This document shows, piece by piece, positions 34,330 through 37,924 of a stretch of 37,924 bases of DNA. How positions within the stretch are numbered: the stretch's first letter is position 1; every line of letters starts with the position of its first letter. The stretch lies in the NCBI GenBank assembly GCA_035686185.1, contig DASRZR010000096.1, forward strand, positions 1-37,924, read 5' to 3'. This stretch comes from Spirochaetia bacterium. GTDB lineage: Bacteria; Spirochaetota; Spirochaetia; SZUA-6; Fen-1364. The notes under the pieces are model-generated. The model saw only the letters and a list, made by a program, of their open reading frames with translations, was not told the origin of the DNA and made no database searches. Made by a program: the position numbers and the translations under genes.

Positions 34330-36044
34330 GTGGGTACCCTCCGGGCATTCGAAAAGTAGCCGGCCAGGGCGTCAATGAGCCCCGCCGCCGAATGGGTTCC
34401 CGCCTCCACGTCCACGCGCAGCCCGCACTCCCGGGCGGCGGACGCGGCGGCAGGTCCGATGCAGGCAACCACGGCGCCACGAACGGCAGAGGCCCACTCC
34501 GGGCTGCGCTGGAGCTGGCGGCACCACGCGCTGGCGGCGGAGCCGCTGGCAAACAGCACCGCATCCACACCCGGGCGAAGGAGCGCGAGCTCATCGTCAG
34601 TGGGAATCCGGGGCTCGGTCCGATAGACCGGTATCTCCTCTACCCGCGCACCGGCGCGACGCAGAGCCTCGGCCGCATCGTCGCGGCCCTCCCGCGCTCG
34701 GGGAAGGAGGACGCGGGAGCCGGCAAGCGCGGGATCTTTCCCTCTCATCTCCTCCGCGGCATCCGCTCCGGAGTGGGAGGACGGCACGAGGCGGACCGGG
34801 ACGCCGGCCCGGTCCAGCGCCGCGGCGGTGGTCGGACCCACGGCAGCGACGCCGGGGGCCGCGTCGTTCCACGCGAAGCCCGGCCGAACGTCCCGCAGCC
34901 GTCGGGCAAACAGCTCGGCGCCGGTCACGCTGGCAACGAGCACCCAGCGGAACTCCTCCAGGCAGCGGAGGGCGGCATCCAGCCGGGAGGTATCCTCCAG
35001 GGGGTGCGTGCAGATCATCGGGATGGACACGGGAGAGGCACCGGCCGCGGACAGCTTCCGGCACGTTTCCTGGGAGTGCTCGATGGGCCGGGTCACCACC
35101 ACGCGCAGCCCGCCGAGCGGTCCGGAGGATGCGGCGGGCGGCGGGGCGCTGCCGGCAATCAGCCGGGCCGCTCCCTGCGCAAGAGCGCTCCCCGCCAGGG
35201 CTTGCGCAAGCGCGAGGGCATCGTCCCCTTCCGCGTGGACGTTCACGATCTCGGAGCCATCCAGGGAGCCTACCCTGGCCTGCATGACGGTGCGAATTCC
35301 CGCGGAGCGCGCGTAGGCGGCCACGGGCGCAGAGCACCCTCCCCCCAACGCGCGGAGGAATGCGCGCTCGGCGTCCGTCTCCGCCCTCAGCCGCGGCTCG
35401 TCTATGGCGGAAAGAAGTCGGCGCACGTCGGCGTCCCCGGCGCGGCACTGCACGGCGATGGCACCCTGCCCGGGCGCGGGAAGGAATGCTTCCAGGTCGA
35501 GCCACTGGCTGATCTTGTCCGCCAGGCCCAGGCGCACCACGCCGGCCGCGGCCAGGAGGGTGGCATCGAACTCGCCGGTCTCCACCTTCCTGATCCGGGT
35601 CTCCACGTTGCCCCGGATGGGCCGCACCACGAGGTCCGGCCGCCGGCTCAGGAGCTGCGCCTGCCGACGTGTGCTGCTGGAGCCCACCACGGCGCCGGTC
35701 GGAAGCTGGTCCAGCCTCCGACCGCCCCGGGAGACGAGCACGTCCCGCACATCCTGCCGGCCCAGCACGGCGCCGATGTACAGGTCCCGCGGGTCCTCTA
35801 TGGGCAGGTCCTTCAAGGAATGGACGGCGATGTCGATCCTGCCGTCCCTCAGCTCCCGCTCGATTCGTTCCGTGAACGCGCCGTCTCCACCGATCTCCGC
35901 AAGCGGGCGGTCCAGGATGTCGTCTCCCCGGGTCTCGATGGCCACGAGCTCACACTCCGCCCCGTGGCGGCGCAGCAGGGCAGCCACGGCTTCCGACTGC
36001 CACCGGGCCAGCCGGGACGACCGTGTCCCGAGACGGATTCTCAT
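34326..36044 (-). CDS. hemC: Bifunctional porphobilinogen deaminase / uroporphyrinogen-III synthase (HemC-HemD fusion)
   Basis: The N-terminal ~300 aa are HemC (MRIRLGTRSSRLARWQ, IAVHSLKDLP, GGGCSAPVAAYA). The C-terminal ~250 aa are HemD-like (LRVVVTRP..; second half ..VLLPRAREGRDD..VYRT). ATG 36044 overlaps the hemA TGA (ATGA). Confidence 0.88.
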   Translation of the reverse strand: MRIRLGTRSSRLARWQSEAVAALLRRHGAECELVAIETRGDDILDRPLAEIGGDGAFTERIERELRDGRIDIAVHSLKDLPIEDPRDLYIGAVLGRQDVRDVLVSRGGRRLDQLPTGAVVGSSSTRRQAQLLSRRPDLVVRPIRGNVETRIRKVETGEFDATLLAAAGVVRLGLADKISQWLDLEAFLPAPGQGAIAVQCRAGDADVRRLLSAIDEPRLRAETDAERAFLRALGGGCSAPVAAYARSAGIRTVMQARVGSLDGSEIVNVHAEGDDALALAQALAGSALAQGAARLIAGSAPPPAASSGPLGGLRVVVTRPIEHSQETCRKLSAAGASPVSIPMICTHPLEDTSRLDAALRCLEEFRWVLVASVTGAELFARRLRDVRPGFAWNDAAPGVAAVGPTTAAALDRAGVPVRLVPSSHSGADAAEEMRGKDPALAGSRVLLPRAREGRDDAAEALRRAGARVEEIPVYRTEPRIPTDDELALLRPGVDAVLFASGSAASAWCRQLQRSPEWASAVRGAVVACIGPAAASAARECGLRVDVEAGTHSAAGLIDALAGYFSNARRVPT

Positions 36045-37426
36045 TTCGCGTCCCCGGTTTCCGCGGCCAGGCGGAACAGGTCCTTCAGCGCGTCGGCGTA
36101 GGCGGCCGCGTGTCCGTTTCCTGCCTCCGCGCGCAGCCGGGTTGCCGGATCGTGCAGGAGCCGTGCCACGAGCGAGGAGGCCAGGTCTTCCACGTGTCCC
36201 CATGCACGGTCGTCCAGGTGGGGAAGCTGCTGGCGCGCGCGGGCCAGCACGTCTTCCCGGATGACCGCGGCCTTCTTCCAGAGGCCGCCGATCACCGGCC
36301 GCAGGGCAAGCTCCACCATTCGCATGCGAAGCTCGGCGAGCTCCTCCCGGATGATCCGCTCCCGGGCCGGGTCGGGCGCTTCCGGCCCGGAGGTGTCCTT
36401 CAGAGAGTCGATGTCCAGCAGGCTCACCCCGGGAACCAGGGAGGCCACGGGGTCTATTGTCCGGGGAACGCCCAGATCCACGAGCACGAGCGGCCGTCGG
36501 GGCCGAGCCTGCATCGCGGCGCTGACCATGCTGGCGGTCACCACGCGGGAGGCGGCGGCCGTGGCGCTGACCAGCACGTCACATTCGGCGAGGAGCCCGG
36601 CCAGCCGGGACGCGGGATGCACGCTGCCTCCCCAGCGCGCCGCCACTTCCGCGGCCCGCTGGGCGCTTCGGCTCACCACGTCCACGCGCTTCACGGAGAA
36701 GCCGCGCAGGCTCTGCAGCACGAGTCGTCCCACATCGCCGGTCCCCACCACCACGACGTGCGCGCGGTCCAGCGTCCCGGCCGCGCTCACCGCCCGGGCC
36801 ACGGCCGCGGAACCGGCGTTTGCCGTGGCGCCCTTCCCGATGCCGGCCCGGCCGCGGGCGCGGCGGCCGCCGCGAAGCGCGTACTGGAACAGGGTGGAGA
36901 GAACCGCCCCGACGGTTCCGGCGGCCTGGGCCCGCGCGTAGGAGCGCGTCACCTGCCCGGCGATCTGCGACTCACCGATCACGAGGGAATCGAGCCCGCA
37001 CACGACGCGGAACAGGTGCTCCGCCGCGGCCCAGCCGTCCCGCCTCACGAGCCGGATGCCCAGATCCTGCCGGGACAACCCGGACCGGGTGCACAGCATG
37101 TCGATGAGCCCGTCCGGAAGCCCGGCCAACGCGTCCGCATCTGCGCCGCCCCCGGCACTCGTGGCCCCTCGGGGCGAGAAATAGATCTCGGTGCGGTTGC
37201 AGGTGGACACCACGACGCCTTCTACCTGCCGGCGGCCGTGCTCGTCCCGCGGGCGGAAGTGCTCCAGCGCGCTGGGAAGAGCCTCCGCGGGAATGGCCAG
37301 GCGTTCCAGGAGATCCAACGAGGCCTCGTGGTGGCTGACACCGACGCAGGAAAACGTGAAATCAGGAAATGCCGCGACGCCCACCTTGGATCGACCACCC
37401 TCCGGCTCGGCGCCACGGACCGACAT
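36041..37426 (-). CDS. hemA: Glutamyl-tRNA reductase
   Basis: FSCVGVSHHEASLDLLERLA, VSTCNRTEIY, GESQIAGQV, and the NADPH fold VVVGTGDVGRLV are HemA signatures. The start is uncertain: ATG 37426 has no clear RBS, and GTG 37384 has GGAGGG 13 nt upstream. The track start at 37579 adds non-homologous residues. Confidence 0.85.
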   Translation of the reverse strand: MSVRGAEPEGGRSKVGVAAFPDFTFSCVGVSHHEASLDLLERLAIPAEALPSALEHFRPRDEHGRRQVEGVVVSTCNRTEIYFSPRGATSAGGGADADALAGLPDGLIDMLCTRSGLSRQDLGIRLVRRDGWAAAEHLFRVVCGLDSLVIGESQIAGQVTRSYARAQAAGTVGAVLSTLFQYALRGGRRARGRAGIGKGATANAGSAAVARAVSAAGTLDRAHVVVVGTGDVGRLVLQSLRGFSVKRVDVVSRSAQRAAEVAARWGGSVHPASRLAGLLAECDVLVSATAAASRVVTASMVSAAMQARPRRPLVLVDLGVPRTIDPVASLVPGVSLLDIDSLKDTSGPEAPDPARERIIREELAELRMRMVELALRPVIGGLWKKAAVIREDVLARARQQLPHLDDRAWGHVEDLASSLVARLLHDPATRLRAEAGNGHAAAYADALKDLFRLAAETGDAK

Positions 37427-37550
37427 GGAATCCGTGACGGCCCGTGGCGCTCCCCGCACACCAGAAGTGACGTTCCGCAACCGCCGGAGGTTACACTCGG
37501 TGCCACCGTGATGAGGACTGCCGCCGCTGGTTTTGCTCTGTCCGTTGATC

Positions 37551-37579
37551 AAGCTAATCAGCGGCCGGGGCGAAGTCAA
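37551..37579 (-). promoter_or_regulatory. Weak candidate sigma-70 promoter for the hem operon
   Basis: The minus strand reads TTGACT-N17-TAGCTT, in the 190-nt gap upstream of hemA. Confidence 0.3.
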
Positions 37580-37619
37580 TCGGGGGGCAGTCGCGCCCGC
37601 GCTCGCGATTCGCCGGAGC

Positions 37620-37924
37620 CTACCGCTTCTCCTTGTAGATGCGCGTGAAGGTCTTCCCCATGTCGGTGTACTTGTCGTCCTTCTCCGCGGCCGACGTGGC
37701 GGGGAACTTGCCGCGGAAGTACTCGTGGACGTAGTCGATCCGTGTGAGCAGGTTGTCCGCCACGGCGCGGGAGAGCTTCACCCGCTCCGGGTGGAACCGG
37801 AGGCACGTCTTGCACAGCTCCTGCAGCATCTTCTTGCCCACCTTGCGGAACCCGGAGAAGCGCTGGTCGAAGAACACCATGTCGTAGCCGCGGAAGTGCT
37901 CCACCTTCAGCGGCGTGAGGTAGC
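37620..37924 (-). CDS. Hypothetical protein, C-terminal fragment (5' end beyond the window)
   Basis: The reading frame stays open to the window edge (..YLTPLKVEHFRGYDMVFFDQRFSGFRKVGKKMLQELCKTCLRFHPERVKL..KEKR*). The track's 'M' at 37904 is an internal GTG. The amino-acid composition is protein-like (K/F/Y/D-rich). I recognise no family. Confidence 0.6.
   Translation of the reverse strand, partial: YLTPLKVEHFRGYDMVFFDQRFSGFRKVGKKMLQELCKTCLRFHPERVKLSRAVADNLLTRIDYVHEYFRGKFPATSAAEKDDKYTDMGKTFTRIYKEKR

Noticed and set aside
32525-34594. 689-aa minus-strand ORF suggesting a giant HemQ fusion
   Set aside because: Only the last 250 aa (from ATG 33277, with an AAGGAGG RBS) resemble the chlorite-dismutase family. 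The upstream 439 aa overlap hemB and hemCD in another frame and are Arg/Pro/Gly-rich. Similar spurious N-terminal extensions were trimmed for cheB, cheD, cheX, cheY, the single REC, ctaB, hemL, hemH, hemCD and hemA.
28369-37648. Long plus-strand ORFs over the hem operon (28369-29841, 29000-30136, 30487-31335, 34275-36101, 36023-37648 and others)
   Set aside because: Each lies antisense to a hem gene with textbook motifs. They are low-complexity Arg/Gly/Pro-rich translations.

Overview
This is a high-GC bacterial chromosomal window that is almost fully coding. I recognised no rRNA, tRNA, CRISPR array, IS element or integrase. It falls into three blocks.

(1) 1-19529, mostly minus strand. A single-REC regulator and a sigma-54 enhancer-binding protein (bEBP) are followed by a sigma-54 promoter. 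That promoter heads a tightly packed 11-gene chemosensory operon: cheY, cheX, cheA (with a C-terminal CheC-like domain), cheD, cheR, cheB, comFB-like, REC/HD-GYP, cheW, HEAT/class III cyclase and a sensor-less histidine kinase. The block also holds a PfpI/DJ-1 gene, a dCache MCP, a DOMON-like secreted protein and a bitopic LysM protein.

(2) 19.5-25.7 kb, plus strand. Five tandem paralogous genes (A-E, about 230-290 aa) belong to no family I can recognise. A membrane PAS histidine kinase follows them. Genes B-E sit behind a sigma-54 promoter and an enhancer-like module that nearly duplicate the ones in front of the che operon. This array with its shared regulation is my best candidate for an undescribed system.

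(3) 25.6-37.9 kb. An aminotransferase and ctaB are followed by an 8-gene, translationally coupled hem operon (hemA, hemCD fusion, hemB, hemQ, hemE, hemH, hemY, hemL). Together these encode the complete coproporphyrin-dependent route to heme.

Many long ORFs in the supplied track are high-GC shadow frames or spurious N-terminal extensions. I re-set starts wherever an RBS, start/stop coupling or homology to known N-termini supported it.
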